Origin: Alphaproteobacteria bacterium
GTDB taxonomy: Bacteria > Pseudomonadota > Alphaproteobacteria > MPNO01 > UBA830
NCBI GenBank assembly: GCA_965243135.1
Contig: OZ251539.1
Coordinates: 416,001 to 480,000 of the forward strand
Length of the DNA stretch: 64,000 nt
Reading direction: 5' to 3'
Part shown: piece by piece, positions 52,620-64,000 of the stretch
Position numbering within the stretch: position 1 is the first letter of the stretch
Layout: each line of letters starts with the position of its first letter
The notes under the pieces: generated by a model
Databases searched by the model: none
What the model was told of the DNA's origin: nothing
What the model saw: the letters and a program-made list of their open reading frames with translations, nothing else
Program-made: the position numbers and the translations under genes

Positions 52620-53694
52620 ATGCATGACGGGCTGCCGGACAAGGCTGGAGATCGACGAGGGCCTCGCGCCGTGAAAGGCCGGACGGCCATCAGCCTGTTC
52701 GCCGGAGCGGGCGGCATGGACATCGGCGTCGACCAGGCCGGCTTCAAGACCGTTTGCGCCGCCGATCCGCACTGCGCCGCGCCGCTGCGGCGCAATGCAA
52801 AGCGGAAGACCGTCTGGCAGGTGGATGTCCGGGCGCTGGATCCCGCGAGGATCCTGGACGCGGTCGGGCTGGAACGGGGACAGTTGAGCCTGCTCCACGG
52901 GGGTCCGCCGTGCCAGCCCTTCAGCCAGATCGGCAAGCAGGCCGGCCTTCGCGACCCTCGCGGAGGGCTGGTCTTCGAAATGGCGAGGTTCGCGGAAGCC
53001 CTTCGTCCGACCGCCGTCCTGATCGAGCAGGTGCCGAACTTCCTGCGGGCCCGGACTCTGGACGGCTCCCCCCTGCTGGACGCTCTTCAGGCGGAGTTTC
53101 GCAGACTGGGATACGACATGCGCGCCGACCTGCTCGAGGCCAGCGAGCACGGCGTCGCGCAGCGTCGGCGGCGGGCGGTCATGGCGTTCGTGCCTGCGGG
53201 CCAGCGGTTCGAGTTTCCCATTCTGCGATCCGGGCTTCAGGTCACGGTCGGCGAAGCGCTGCGGGGTCTCCCGGAACCGTCCGCTCCGGGCGGAGAGCCG
53301 CCGTTTCCGAACCACGTAGACGTGACCCCGCAGCGCGAACGCATCGCCTACGTGCCCGAAGGGCTGTGGCTCTCGAAGGCGCCCGGCGTGCCTCCGGACA
53401 TTCTCAGGAACCTGACCCGCAAGGACACCACGAAGTACAGAAGGCTGGACAGATCCATGCTGGCGCCGACGCTTCGATGCGGCGAAGCGCTCTATCATCC
53501 CACGGCTGACCGCTACATCACTCCTCGCGAAGCCGCGCGCCTTCAGGGCTTTCCTGACGGCCACGTTTTCGTGGGACCCATTCGCCGGCGAACCGGCGTC
53601 GTTCGCGACCTCGACCAGCATCGGCAGGTGGCGAACGCGGTGCCGCCGCCGATGGCCCGTCGCTTCGGATCTGAGAGAGGGCCTGTGCCTGTAG
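52620..53694 (+). pseudogene. C5 cytosine methyltransferase with small deletions
   Basis: SLFAGAGG, GGPPCQPFS, IEQV, AQRRRR and QVANAVPP; motif II shortened (CAADPH); likely native stop TAG at 53692-53694 is now out of frame. Confidence 0.85.
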
Positions 53695-56169
53695 TCAGGG
53701 AACTGTTCGGTCAGGTTCTCGACGGAAACATGGATTCGAGCGCTTGCCGCAGCGCACGGTGTCCGTTCTTGGGCGAAATCTGCGACGGCGGGGGAAACCG
53801 CGATATGGCTCGCGTAGCTGCGTCGGATCCGGGACTGGGCCCCTTTTTCGACTACGAGGTCGGCCGCAGGACGCAGGGCCATCTTCCGTGCGGCATCTGC
53901 TCGGTCGAAACCCCGAAGAAAAAAGAGACATGGGCGATTTGCTCCAGGCGACTGTTCGCCTTTTCCTCGAACGGCGTCGCGGACCGACATCGCGAGCTGG
54001 CCGACCGGGTGTTCGCGCTCTGCGGTTTTCTCCCCGGACAGGAAGTATCCGTGTGGTCTGAAATATCCCTCAAGGAGGAGGGGGAGAAAGGCGTGTTCGA
54101 CTATCGCCTCGACTATGTGCTGCGGGCCGCGGAACCCGGATCCGTTCCCGTCGTCGTCGAGACTTGCTCGACGTCTGGAGGGAACAGGGAAAAGGGGACC
54201 GATATCCAGAGCGCCTTTCGCAGGGCGGTTCTGTTCGCGCATTCGGCCGCCGGGGGTCAGGTCAGGGCGCCCGGGGTCAATGTGCGGCAGGTCTGGGCGA
54301 GAATGGCGTCGCAACTGGTCGCGAAAGCGGCGAACAGCTGGGGCGGGCGCGCAATCGTTCAGGATCTTCTGGCGGGTGTGGATCTCATATGGCTAAAATT
54401 GCATAAAGTGCAACATTATCAAGCTGCAAGGACTGTTATTTCCTGATTGTCATTTGCGGCAGGAACTCCGACCATAGCTTGCCATGCTAAACGGCCGGAT
54501 CTTATCAATGCTCTGAAAGTGAGGACGTTCTGACCTCATACTCCAACGCATGCCGGCCCGCTTCATGCGCTGGTTGACCAGAACCTTGTTGGCAGCCTCG
54601 ACAACGCCTGACCGCGTAGCCTTTAGCGTTCAAGCTTGCGTAGCGCGCGCTTGTGCTTCCGGAAAAACTTGAGCTCGCGTTCGAGATCCTTGAGCGCCGC
54701 CGTTGTCGTCGCCTTGTCGCGAAGATGGCGGATCGCCGACCTTGTCGATGCCGTTGGCGTCGTCACGCAGGACAGCGCGGTACTTGTCGTACCAGTCGGT
54801 CGCGACGGTCGGCAACGTCGCTGAGATGTTCGCACGCATGAAAGAAATCAACCACCTGCTCGTCGGGTCGAAGTTTCTCGAGAAACGTCCAGTTGTCGGC
54901 TGCGGCAACGGCAACGAAGGTCGGGCCGCACTTTCGTGCTCGACTTCTTCGGTGATCTGCGCCTTCAGCGTCGTCTTGCCAGCTTCCGGCCGAAATACAG
55001 TGTTTCCAAGCGATCGCCGTCCGCGTCATGGAAACTTACCGCAGGACGCTTCGCGCCAGCACGCTTCTTCGTGCTCGTCGGGACGAAGCGCAACCCCGTC
55101 GAGCGAGACAGCGAAGGAAACCGCACGGCACCGGTTTCGCCTCGCGGATTTCGTCCAAGGCCGCTTCGCCCTTCTCCTTCCAGAGATCGCCCGCCGTCAC
55201 CAGAAGACGTCGCAGGTGGCTCGACGACGGGTTCATGCCCCCCAGCTTTCCGAAGAGTTTGGCCGCGTCTCTCGGCGTGCAGTGGTCCATGATCAGGAGG
55301 GCGCGGTAAGCGGCGGGAACCGTGAGGTAACCGTCGACCAGACCCAGGCTTTCGTCGACGGGCATGAGTTTCGGGTGCGGTACCGAGAACGGCAATACGT
55401 GACCGGACCGAACAACGTGGTTTTTGGCGTCGGCGCAGCCCGGTAGAAGACCTGACCCTCCCGGTGAATCGGACCTTCTTCGTCGTCCCGCGCTTCAATC
55501 GCCTACGGCCGCACGACAGATCGTGAAGGCATGCTCCCTCAGCCTCGAAACCGGCGAACGCCTCGGAACCCTGTTCCTGTCGTTCGATTCCTTTGCAGAT
55601 GAAGGCTGCGGCTGACCGAAGTGCCTCGGCAGTCGTCGCGGGGAGGTCCGAGAAGGACAAACCGGTCGAAGGCTGTGATGCTGACATGGGAATGATGTTG
55701 TGTATTGCTGCCAACATTCTGCCGCATCTTGCGGCTCGGAGCATTCCTTTTTTTGCTCTCCAGCTCCCCTATCGCGACAAAATCCGCCCCTGGAACGACG
55801 TTTTGTCACGAAATCGCTGATTTCGGCCTCGAAGCGCCGCGACACGGACTCGGATAATCATTGAAAATCAACGTCCTATGTAATCTTCGATTTAGCCATA
55901 TCAGATTTGCACCCCTTCTGGCCGACTACACCCATACGGCCCTGCCGCTTGACGATCTGCGCTCGCCGGACTGGACGCCCGGCGAAGTGAACATGGTCGT
56001 TTCCGACCTGAGCGGGCCGGTCGCCCTGTACTCCGGGCCCATAAGGGCGGCGGGCGGAGACAGGAAATGCTGGTTCGAGTTGCTGGGCGCCCCTCACGTT
56101 CCGACGCTGGAATCCATAACGAGGAAGCTGGACGAGATTCCTTCTGTCGCCACGTTTCGGGTGCACTGA
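53685..56169 (+). pseudogene. NotI-like restriction endonuclease, interrupted by an IS
   Basis: VRELFG, CPFLGEICDGGGNR, CGICSV, WAICSRRL, DYVL, STSGGN and NVRQVWARMASQL; resumes LLADY...FRVH after 55914. Confidence 0.75.
54374..55914 (-). mobile_element. Divergent ISKra4-like IS, frameshifted
   Basis: GGGTGTGGATCTCATATGGCTAAA...TTTAGCCATATCAGATTTGCACCC; 8-bp direct repeat cttctggc (54366-54373, 55915-55922). Confidence 0.9.
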
Positions 56170-56444
56170 AGCGAATTCCCGTTCGACGGCGCGGCTTGCG
56201 GTCGTCGGGCTTTCCTGAGAGGTCGGTTTCGCGCTTCGCGTTTGTCGGCGCGCGCATGCTCGTCTTTCGCGTTCGGAATCGTCCGCAACCATGCGGGCCC
56301 GAACGGAAGCCGCGGCGCTGAAGTTCGCCGTGCGGATCCCGGCACCACCGTTCATTCCGCGTGGAAGCGCGCGTAGCGCGTCCCGGCGACTCCGCGAACG
56401 CCGCCCGCGCAACCGGAAACCGGGCCGAGGCGGCGTTCGCCCCG

Positions 56445-57440
56445 TTACGGCAGGAATACCGGCAGTTTCCCGGCGGCGCGCCGCATCGCTTCTTCGCCGC
56501 GCCGGTCGTAGCGGGCGGTCGTCTGCGGGCTGGCGTGCCCGGCGAGACGCTGGACGATCGCGAGATCGGCGTCGGACTCGAGCAGGTCGCTGACGAACGT
56601 CCGGCGCAGGTCGTGCGGACTGCAGGGCGCGACGCCGGCCTGTTCGCATCGGCGCTTCAGCCAGATCATGGCCGTCTGCGCCGTGACCGCGCGGATAGCC
56701 AGGCGTCCGGCCTTGTCGATCGGGCAGAGCAGCGGTCCGGGACCGCGGCCGCGGACGGCGATCCATGCGTCGACGGCGCGCCCGGCGTCGCCGGCCGCGA
56801 ATGCGGTGCGCTGCCGGTTCCCCTTGCCGATCACGCGAAGCGCTCCGGTGCTCCGGTCGTAGTCGCCGATCCGAAGGGCGACCGCTTCGGCGCGGCGCAG
56901 CCCGGCACCGTAGAGCAGGGCGAACGCCGCCCCGTCGCGGAATCCGGCCGGCGTCGGATCCGCGGCGCAGGCCGCGAACAGCCGCCTGATCTCGCCCGGC
57001 TCGAGCGCCCGGCCCGCCGGCGGCCTGCTTCCCTTCACGCGGGGGACGTCGACGGCCCGCATGTAGTCCTCCGTTCCGATCTGGCCCAGGCGCCAGCTCG
57101 CCTTCAGGACGCCTCGAAGGGCCGCGAGGTACTTGTTGGCCGTCGCGGGAGCCATTTCCTCGGCGACGGCCGACCTGACGGCCGCGACGTGCTGGAAGCG
57201 GAAGTTCTGCCAGGGAACGTGGGCCGCGCCGGGAAAGCCGGCGAGCGCGGCGAGCCGGTCCAGCGTGCTGCGCATGCCGTCGCGGGCGGGACCTTCCGCG
57301 AGGCCGGCGAGGTAGACGGCGGCCGGGTTTTCGTCCGCCTTGGCGGGCGGAATGCCGGGAACGGCGGGAAAACGGCTGGCGGCGGTTTGCCGAACGGGAG
57401 GAGGGTGCATCGGCGGTTTCCGGAGGCGGTCGATTTCCAT
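56445..57440 (-). CDS. Tyrosine recombinase/integrase
   Basis: RDGAAFALLYGAGLRRAE, GKGNRQR, HDLRRTF and GHASPQTTARY. Confidence 0.93.
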   Translation of the reverse strand: MEIDRLRKPPMHPPPVRQTAASRFPAVPGIPPAKADENPAAVYLAGLAEGPARDGMRSTLDRLAALAGFPGAAHVPWQNFRFQHVAAVRSAVAEEMAPATANKYLAALRGVLKASWRLGQIGTEDYMRAVDVPRVKGSRPPAGRALEPGEIRRLFAACAADPTPAGFRDGAAFALLYGAGLRRAEAVALRIGDYDRSTGALRVIGKGNRQRTAFAAGDAGRAVDAWIAVRGRGPGPLLCPIDKAGRLAIRAVTAQTAMIWLKRRCEQAGVAPCSPHDLRRTFVSDLLESDADLAIVQRLAGHASPQTTARYDRRGEEAMRRAAGKLPVFLP

Positions 57441-57699
57441 TCAGAATGATAGTTCTGAATACCTATTTTTCACACCCGCCAGATGCTGTGGGCGGCCGCG
57501 CCCGCCGCCACAACAATTCCGACCCGCGGGCTTCCGATGATACCGGGAAAGAGAGAGGTTGCGCTCTGGGCCGACCACGTCGGTCGATAGCTTCGACTGT
57601 TGGCGGTCCGCCCTGACTTCGCGTTCGCTACGTTGGAGGGCCGGTGGTTGCCCCTTTCCGTGACGGTGCGAACCCGACGGGAGATGATCATTCGAATAC

Positions 57700-58300
57700 G
57701 GTGCCGTGCATTCTGTCCGTCTTCGCTGAACGCTTCAAAGGCGGGCAAAGCAGCGCGAAAGCAAGACTGGAAAAGCCGCTTCTCGCTTCATCGTCATGGT
57801 CCGAGCGTCCGGGGGAGCCGGCTACCGAGCGACCGTGCGCTGGATTCCAGGGAAGTGGGACGGCTGTTCGCAGGCCGCGAGAATGACGCCCCTCCCGTGG
57901 GAAAGCGGTTTTTCGCTGCTGTACGGCGTCGGTCCGCGGCAAGGGAAACCGGCGGCGCAGCGTGTTCGCGAGCAACGGCGCGAAACGCGCTATCGATGCA
58001 TGGGACCGCCGCTCTGCCCCGTCGACAAGGCCGGCCGCATCGCCATTCGCCCGGTCACGGCGCAGGCGATGATGATCCGGCTGAAGCGCCGATCAGAGGA
58101 AGCGGGGCTCGCGTCCTGCAGCCCGCGCGATCTCCGCCGCACGTTCGTCAACGACCTGCTCGAAGCGAGCGCCGATATCGCGATCATGCAGCGCCTCTCC
58201 GGTCACGCGAGCCCGCCCGCCACGGCCCGCTAAGATCGCCGGGGAAACGAAGTCATGCGACGGGCGACGACTCGGCTGCGTGTCGACTGGCCGGTTTGTC
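57700..58300 (+). pseudogene. Decayed paralog of the adjacent tyrosine recombinase
   Basis: PLCPVDKAGRIAIRPVTAQAMM...CSPRDLRRTFV...GHASPPATAR then stop replacing the catalytic Tyr. Confidence 0.85.
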
Positions 58301-58880
58301 CTCTGCACTCCGGCCGAACCGCTGACGCGCCCGTCCTGCTGCAAGATTTGCGAACTTCATTCTTGGTGGGTGGAGATGTCAAACGGTCGGGAACAACCTT
58401 GCGTCCCCGCGCCTTGAACGCTTGGAGAGGCCCGTATCCATATCGTTGGTGTCGATGGGCACTCAGCGGGAAGCTCCAGCCTTCGAGCGCCGGTACAGGG
58501 TTGATGAACGTCGCAGCCCGCTTGCCCTCGCGCTATGCGCCCTCCGCGCCCTTCCAGCTCCGACAAGTCCCGCTCGTTGCAGTACCCGGCAAGCACCATC
58601 GCGGGCTGCGGGGTGGACCTGTCCCTGGCCTCATCGAGCAACCCCACCATCGCGCCCGAGTTGACAGGGAGCATCGTTTTCTACGGCGCAGACGGGGCGG
58701 AGAGCCTTTGCCGCTGTTGGGTCGGATGTCCCCACATGGGTTGCTTTCCTGCGCCTGCCGCTGCGGCAGGATCGGCGGTACCGGTTCGCCGTGCCGGGGA
58801 TCAACCCGTTCGATAGACATCGTCCACGTGTATCGGTAAAGTATGGAACTGAACGAAGAATTGTCGAAGAGGAGAATGAA

Positions 58881-59399
58881 ATGCTATTCGATGTGCATAG
58901 ATTCTTGATCACGAACTTGAAAACTAGCGAATTTTGGAAGGATGTCGATAGAGAAAAACCCGGATTAAGAAAAGCGAGAGGTTGCTATATTTTTTCGACA
59001 AATCACGGCCAAAACTTCAAACCTTGGTATGTCGGAAAAGCGGAAAAATCGGAGTTTGATACCGAAGTTTTTAATAGAAATAACAAGGAAATGTGTCGAG
59101 AAATTTTGAATAAACCGGGAGAAGTTCATCTGTTCTTGTTGCCGAGACTTACTCCCAAGAAGAGAAGATTTGGAAAATCCAAATACTCTCCTCATATACG
59201 ACACCTTGAGTTGCACCTTATTAGTTTGGCTCTAAAACGGAACAAGGATCTCTTTAATGTGCATTACGCAACAAGATTCAGGGAACTGAAAGTTCCGGGT
59301 ATCTTCAACAGCGATCCGGGTCATCCACCGTCGGAGGTCCAAGAGCTCAGGCGCACTCTTGGACTTAGGCCGGCAAAATCGAAGCCGCGGCTTCCCTGA
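58881..59399 (+). CDS. GIY-YIG-like nuclease
   Basis: GCYIF...WYVGKA, LELHLI and FN; GAGGAG RBS; AT-rich. Confidence 0.7.
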   Translation: MLFDVHRFLITNLKTSEFWKDVDREKPGLRKARGCYIFSTNHGQNFKPWYVGKAEKSEFDTEVFNRNNKEMCREILNKPGEVHLFLLPRLTPKKRRFGKSKYSPHIRHLELHLISLALKRNKDLFNVHYATRFRELKVPGIFNSDPGHPPSEVQELRRTLGLRPAKSKPRLP

Positions 59400-59692
59400 T
59401 CCCGTCCCTCCGCCGCCGTAGCATGACACTCAATAGTCGAGCACGGTGGTCGGCGCTTCCGTTTGCGACACAGCACTTTCACGGTGCCTTTACGATAACT
59501 CTACAATAAGTTTGCGGTGTATCGTTGCGAAGCTTGAGCTCGCAGGCGACTATGTCCGCTCCGTATTTTTTCCAGACGTGGTCCTTCCATCCGTTCGTGG
59601 GATCGTGTCGCGGGAAAATTCCCGTCTGCGCCTGCAAGAGTTGCCGTGGTCCGCGTGGAGCGCGAGGCCAACCGCGCCATCCGGTGGGGAGT

Positions 59693-60201
59693 GTGACCAT
59701 TAACCAGTCCGAATTTCTGACCGCGCTGGCGGACATCAAGCTCGAGGGCCGGTGGGGGTCGGGTTAGGTGGCGGTTGCATCCGTCTGTATCATCCGGGCG
59801 AGTTCGTCGGCAGTGCGATGGAGCTTTGCCCCATCACGGCCGTGGCCTACGACCGGATCGGCGCATACCATGACCCGCTGAATTGGCGCGATGCCGCCGA
59901 CGAAATCGGGTTGGACCATGAAACCGGGAAGGTGATCGCGGAAGCGGCCGACCATGAGGCACCGTGGCCAATCCAACCCGAACGTGCGCGACAAGATCAA
60001 GGCCGCGTGCGGACTGGCGACGTGATGCCTGATTTCGCGCCGCCGGGAACGAGCCTGCTGTTCAGCGACAGCGGCTTGAACCATGTTCCGTTCGAGATCA
60101 ACGGAGACATGGACGCCGAAGACCTGTGCGAACACTTGCAGGGCGTGACCGAGGCGCGGACCAAGTTCCGCGTGAGCTTCAACATCAAGGAGAACGACTG
60201 A
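59693..60201 (+). other. Small phage-like hypothetical ORFs, partly frameshifted
   Basis: GTG ORF (INQSEFLTALA) shifts into LCPITAVA...AADEIGLD; then MPDFAPPG...KEND coupled to the next gene. Confidence 0.35.
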
Positions 60202-60797
60202 TGACATACTTTCAAGATGCTGACTTTCGCGACATGCGCGAGAACAACAAGGCGCTGGTTCGCAAGGGACTCCAGAAGGCGCGACAGGAAAACCGGACGA
60301 TTTTCCAGTGCATGGATTACCTGACGAACAGCAAAGGCCACGCGATGATATGGACGGCTGCGAACGAGGTCGTTTTCGAGTATGGCGAAGAAACCGTCAT
60401 TGAGATTGTCGAAAAGGAAGGATGGAAGCTGGAAGCTCAGAATCTGATCTTTCGACCGACGACCATGACGAGTCGCGACAAGTTCCTGCAATCCGGGCAA
60501 GACGCGGCGCAAGACGGCGAAGTGATCCTGCTGATGACGTTCCGGGCGTCCGAAAAACTCCAGAACGAGATGCGGCATGAAGCCGCAACGGCGGCGCATG
60601 AGGAGGCTGAGGCTTTTCGGACCGCGCCGACTTTGAAACATCTCAGGAAAGCCGTGGATGATTGCATCGGCAAGATCGGCGCGCCGGGAACCGATTCCTT
60701 GTTGCGCGCCATCGCCGGTACGGGATCTATCGGGGTGATTCCAGAGGACCAATACGGGCGCGTTATCCTTGAGATCAAGAAAAGGATTGGCCAATGA
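60201..60797 (+). CDS. Hypothetical protein
   Basis: AAGGAG RBS and TGATG coupling; 198 aa. Confidence 0.7.
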   Translation: MTYFQDADFRDMRENNKALVRKGLQKARQENRTIFQCMDYLTNSKGHAMIWTAANEVVFEYGEETVIEIVEKEGWKLEAQNLIFRPTTMTSRDKFLQSGQDAAQDGEVILLMTFRASEKLQNEMRHEAATAAHEEAEAFRTAPTLKHLRKAVDDCIGKIGAPGTDSLLRAIAGTGSIGVIPEDQYGRVILEIKKRIGQ

Positions 60798-62460
60798 CCG
60801 GCATGACCCGCTTCAACCTGCAAATTCCGGTTCAGTTGCTGGAACGCATCCGGGCGGCGGCGAAGGGGTGCAAATCTGATATTGCCAAATTGAAAAATCT
60901 ATAAGGTGTTGATTTTTAAGGATTAACAAAGTTTGCGCGATAGCGCTTCAAGGCCAAAATCAGCGATTTCGTGACAACCGGGCGCGGATTTTGTCACGAT
61001 GGCGGGGGGGGGGGGGGGCGAAAAAAGGAATGCTCCAAGCCGCAAGATGCGGTAAAATGTTGGCACCACAACATCATTCCCATGCCAGCATTACAGCCTT
61101 CGGCCGGTTTGTCCTTCTCGAAGCTCCCCGCGGCGACTGCCGAGGCATTCCAGTCAGCCGCAGCCTTCGAGTGGGTGGAACGACAAGATCAGGGTTCCGA
61201 GGCGTTCGCCGGTTTCGAAACCGAGTTGTTCCAGCATACCTACGCGATCTGCCGGGCGGCCGTAGGCGATTACATTGAAGCGCGGGACGTGGAGGAAGGC
61301 CCGGTTCGCCGGGAGGGTCAGGTTTTCTACCGGGCTGCACCGACGCAAAAGACCATCCACACATTGTTCGGTCCTGTCACGTTCTCCCGCTCGCGGTTGC
61401 ATTCGGGAAGTTCGTCCGCCGGTCGATGAAAGCCTGGGGCTGGTCGACGGTTATCTCACGGTTCCAGCCGCTTACCGCGCTCTCCATGGACCACTGTACG
61501 CCGAGAGACGCGGTCAAACTCTTCGAAAAACTGGGGGGCATGAACCCGTCGACGAGCCATCTGCAACGTCTTTTGGTTACGGCGGGCGATCTCTGGAAGG
61601 AGAAAGGCGAGGCGGCCATGGACGAAATCCGGAAGGCGAAACCGGTGCCGACGGAGGCGGTTTCTTTCGCTGTCTCGCTCGATGGGGTTGCGCTTCGCCC
61701 CAACGGGCGCGAAGAAGCATGCTGGCGCGAAGCGTCTTGCGGGACGGTCAGTTTCCATGACGCGGACGGCAATCGCTTGGAAACATTGTATTTTTATGCC
61801 GGAAGCCGGCAAGGTAACGCTGAAAGCGCAGATCGCGGAAGAGGTCGCCCACATCCGGAAAGTGAGACCCGATCTTCAACTCGTCGCCGACGCCGCAGCC
61901 GACAACTGGACGTTTCTTGAGAGGCTTCAGCCCGACGAGCGGGCGTTTCTTCCATGCATGCGAACATCTCAGCGACGTCGCCGACCGTCGCAACCGATTG
62001 GTACGACAAGTACCGTGCCATCCTGCGCGACGATGCCAACGGTAGGTCATTCGGGCGATCCGCCATCTTCGCGACAAGGCGACGACTGCGACGGCACTCA
62101 AGGATCTCGAACGCGAACTCAGGTTTTTCCAGAAGCACAGGCGCCGCATGCGTTACGCGGCCCTGAATGCCATGGGTTACACGATCGGGTCGGGTGTTGT
62201 CGAAGCCGCCAACAAGGTGCTGGTCAACCAGCGCATGAAACGGGCGCGTTGGAGCATGCGGTCAGAACGTCCTCACCTTCAGGGCATTGATAAAGTCAGA
62301 CCGATTCGGCATGGCAAGCAATGGTCGGAGCAAGCATCGCGAACGACGATCAGGAGGCCATCGCAGCCTGACAATGGAAAACTTGACTTTGGCAATATGA
62401 GATTCACACCCCGGCGAAGGCCGAAGGCTTGAAGCCTAAAGCCCGAGCAGCAACAGGCAG
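60794..62460 (+). pseudogene. Ribbon-helix-helix (Arc/CopG-like) protein interrupted by IS copy 3
   Basis: MTRFNLQIPVQLLERIRAAAK before the IS, AEGLK after it. Confidence 0.6.
60866..62411 (+). mobile_element. ISKra4-like IS, copy 3 (inverted twin of copy 1)
   Basis: Reverse complement of copy 1 apart from poly-G length; 8-bp direct repeat cggcgaag (60858-60865, 62412-62419). Confidence 0.92.
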
Positions 62461-62892
62461 ATCGCCGCGGCCGAGCCGCCCGCCAGAAACAGCCGCCTGT
62501 TGTCGTTCCGCTGTAAGCGTTCGCTCGTCAAGTGACGTTTTTTGAGGAGTTGCCTCCGGTCCCGGGTTCGGCCTGACTTTCTTGACCGGGAGGGTGCCCG
62601 AGTACGGCGGCGGCGTTGCACCACGTCTGGCGCGCGAACCGGCAGCAGGTTTTAGCGCGGCATCTCGCGGAGCGGCCTGTCCAGCCTGACAAACGCTCAT
62701 GGCCTGCTCGCCCCGTAGCATGCAACTGGTGGTTTTGCTGGCGTCGTGCCGCTCGCCGACATAACCGTTCCGCGTTCGGGCGGCGCGGCGTGAAGACAGG
62801 GCTATACGGGGCAGCCCTCGGCGTCACGCTCCTCTCGAACGGTGAGCGCCGCCGCGAAAAAATCTCGTGGAACGGTTTCGTGCGGCCGGCAG

Positions 62893-64000
62893 GTAGTTAC
62901 ACAACAAAATTTTGGGCTGGAAACTAGTTTTTGATTCTTGTATACGAACGCCATGGCGTTCGAATCTGCAGGCGCGCTTCTCGGAACCGAGCTGTCGGGC
63001 GGCGGTCAGACTCCACCTGCGTCGCTCCGGGACAACGCGGCCCTCCTCCGGGAGAACGCGGCCCTCACCGGGAAGAACGCGGTTCTCATCCGGGAGATTG
63101 GAGAGCGCGACCGGGCGCTGGCCAAGGGAGCGTCGCTAGCGAAGCCGGAAGCTGCGGAGAACGGCGTAGAGAACGTGAAGGCCCGCAACCGCAGGCTCGC
63201 TCGGGATCTGTACGGGCGCAGCAGCGAGCGGCCGCCTGTGGCCTCCGGGCCGGGGGCGGCGCCCGGGAACGCCGTCGCACGGCCGCATGCCGTTCCCGGA
63301 CCTGCCCGTCCGCGAGGAGGATTCGGTCCCGGACAGGCGCAAGTGCAAGGATTGCGGCAAGGCTTGGGTCTCGAACGGCTACAACGAAACGTACGCCCTC
63401 GAGTACAGGATCGCGTTCGGCATGTTCGACGGCCTGCGCCCGGCCTGCACCTGCGGGCAGGAAAAGGAGGTCCCGGCCCCGGAGCGGGTGTTTCACCCGA
63501 TACGGAGTGTCCGTCTGGGCGTTCGTCCTGGCGGAGAGGTTCGGGCAGCACCGTCCGCTGCGTTCAGTCTGCCGTGCGTTGCGCCAGCACGGGCTTCCGG
63601 TCGCGCCCGGCACGCTGGCAGACGCGCAACGACGCCTGCTGCCGCTGTTCGAACAGCTCGACGAAGAGATCTCCCGGCGTCTGTGGGACGCTCCGGTTGT
63701 CAACGGCGACGAAACGGGGTGGCGCATACGGGAGTTGGGCGAGAAAGACAGCGGCAGCGCCCGCGCCTGGGTGTGGATCGCCCGATCCCACGATGCGATG
63801 CGCACCGTCACCGTCGCGCAGCGCGGAAGCTGCCCGCGAACTGTTCGGGGGCCTCGGCTCGCCCGAACAGGCGGCTTACCTGGTCTGCGACCGACCAGCC
63901 CCTGGTTCCGATCCCCGAACGTCTCGCCGACGTCCAACCCGTCGTTGTCGAACCCTGCCGGAACGCGAGCGAAGGCCGCCTCTGGAACGAGTTCGTCGCT
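62893..64000 (+). pseudogene. IS66-family transposase N-terminal remnant joined to a DUF4338 fragment
   Basis: LARDLYGRSSER, CKDCG, HRPLRSV...GTLAD and VNGDETGW; 63890-64000 matches 45760-45872. Confidence 0.8.

Noticed and set aside
52590-54446. Novel natural MTase-REase fusion enzyme
   Set aside because: Better explained by a small frameshifting deletion; the C-terminus is IS sequence.
1605-62419. Sequence-specific target for the ISKra4-like elements
   Set aside because: Five GC-rich 8-mers mostly end in AG in one orientation, but the sample is too small.

Overview
GC-rich bacterial accessory region, probably alphaproteobacterial and possibly host-associated (inferred from the secreted ankyrin proteins and the relaxase-primase type). 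It looks like a decaying mobilizable island or plasmid. It carries a MOBF relaxase fused to a Toprim primase, repeated mob-leader modules, many defence-type genes (several R-M modules, GHKL/MORC ATPase plus putative methyltransferase, TIR, HNH, GIY-YIG, HEPN-like) and deeply nested mobile elements. These include five ISKra4-like elements with perfect 8-bp target duplications, IS630, an ISNCY-like element, IS4 and IS66 remnants, a four-gene DDE/AAA transposon and a group II intron fragment. No rRNA, tRNA or CRISPR array was seen. Two observations stand out. (1) Paralog comparison inside the window shows recurrent 5-7 nt deletions that mostly begin at an AT (usually ATC or ATG) on one strand. 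(2) Removing a transposon restores a C5-methyltransferase, MORC-like ATPase, putative methyltransferase gene cluster with no obvious nuclease. All family assignments are by motif recognition only, not database search.
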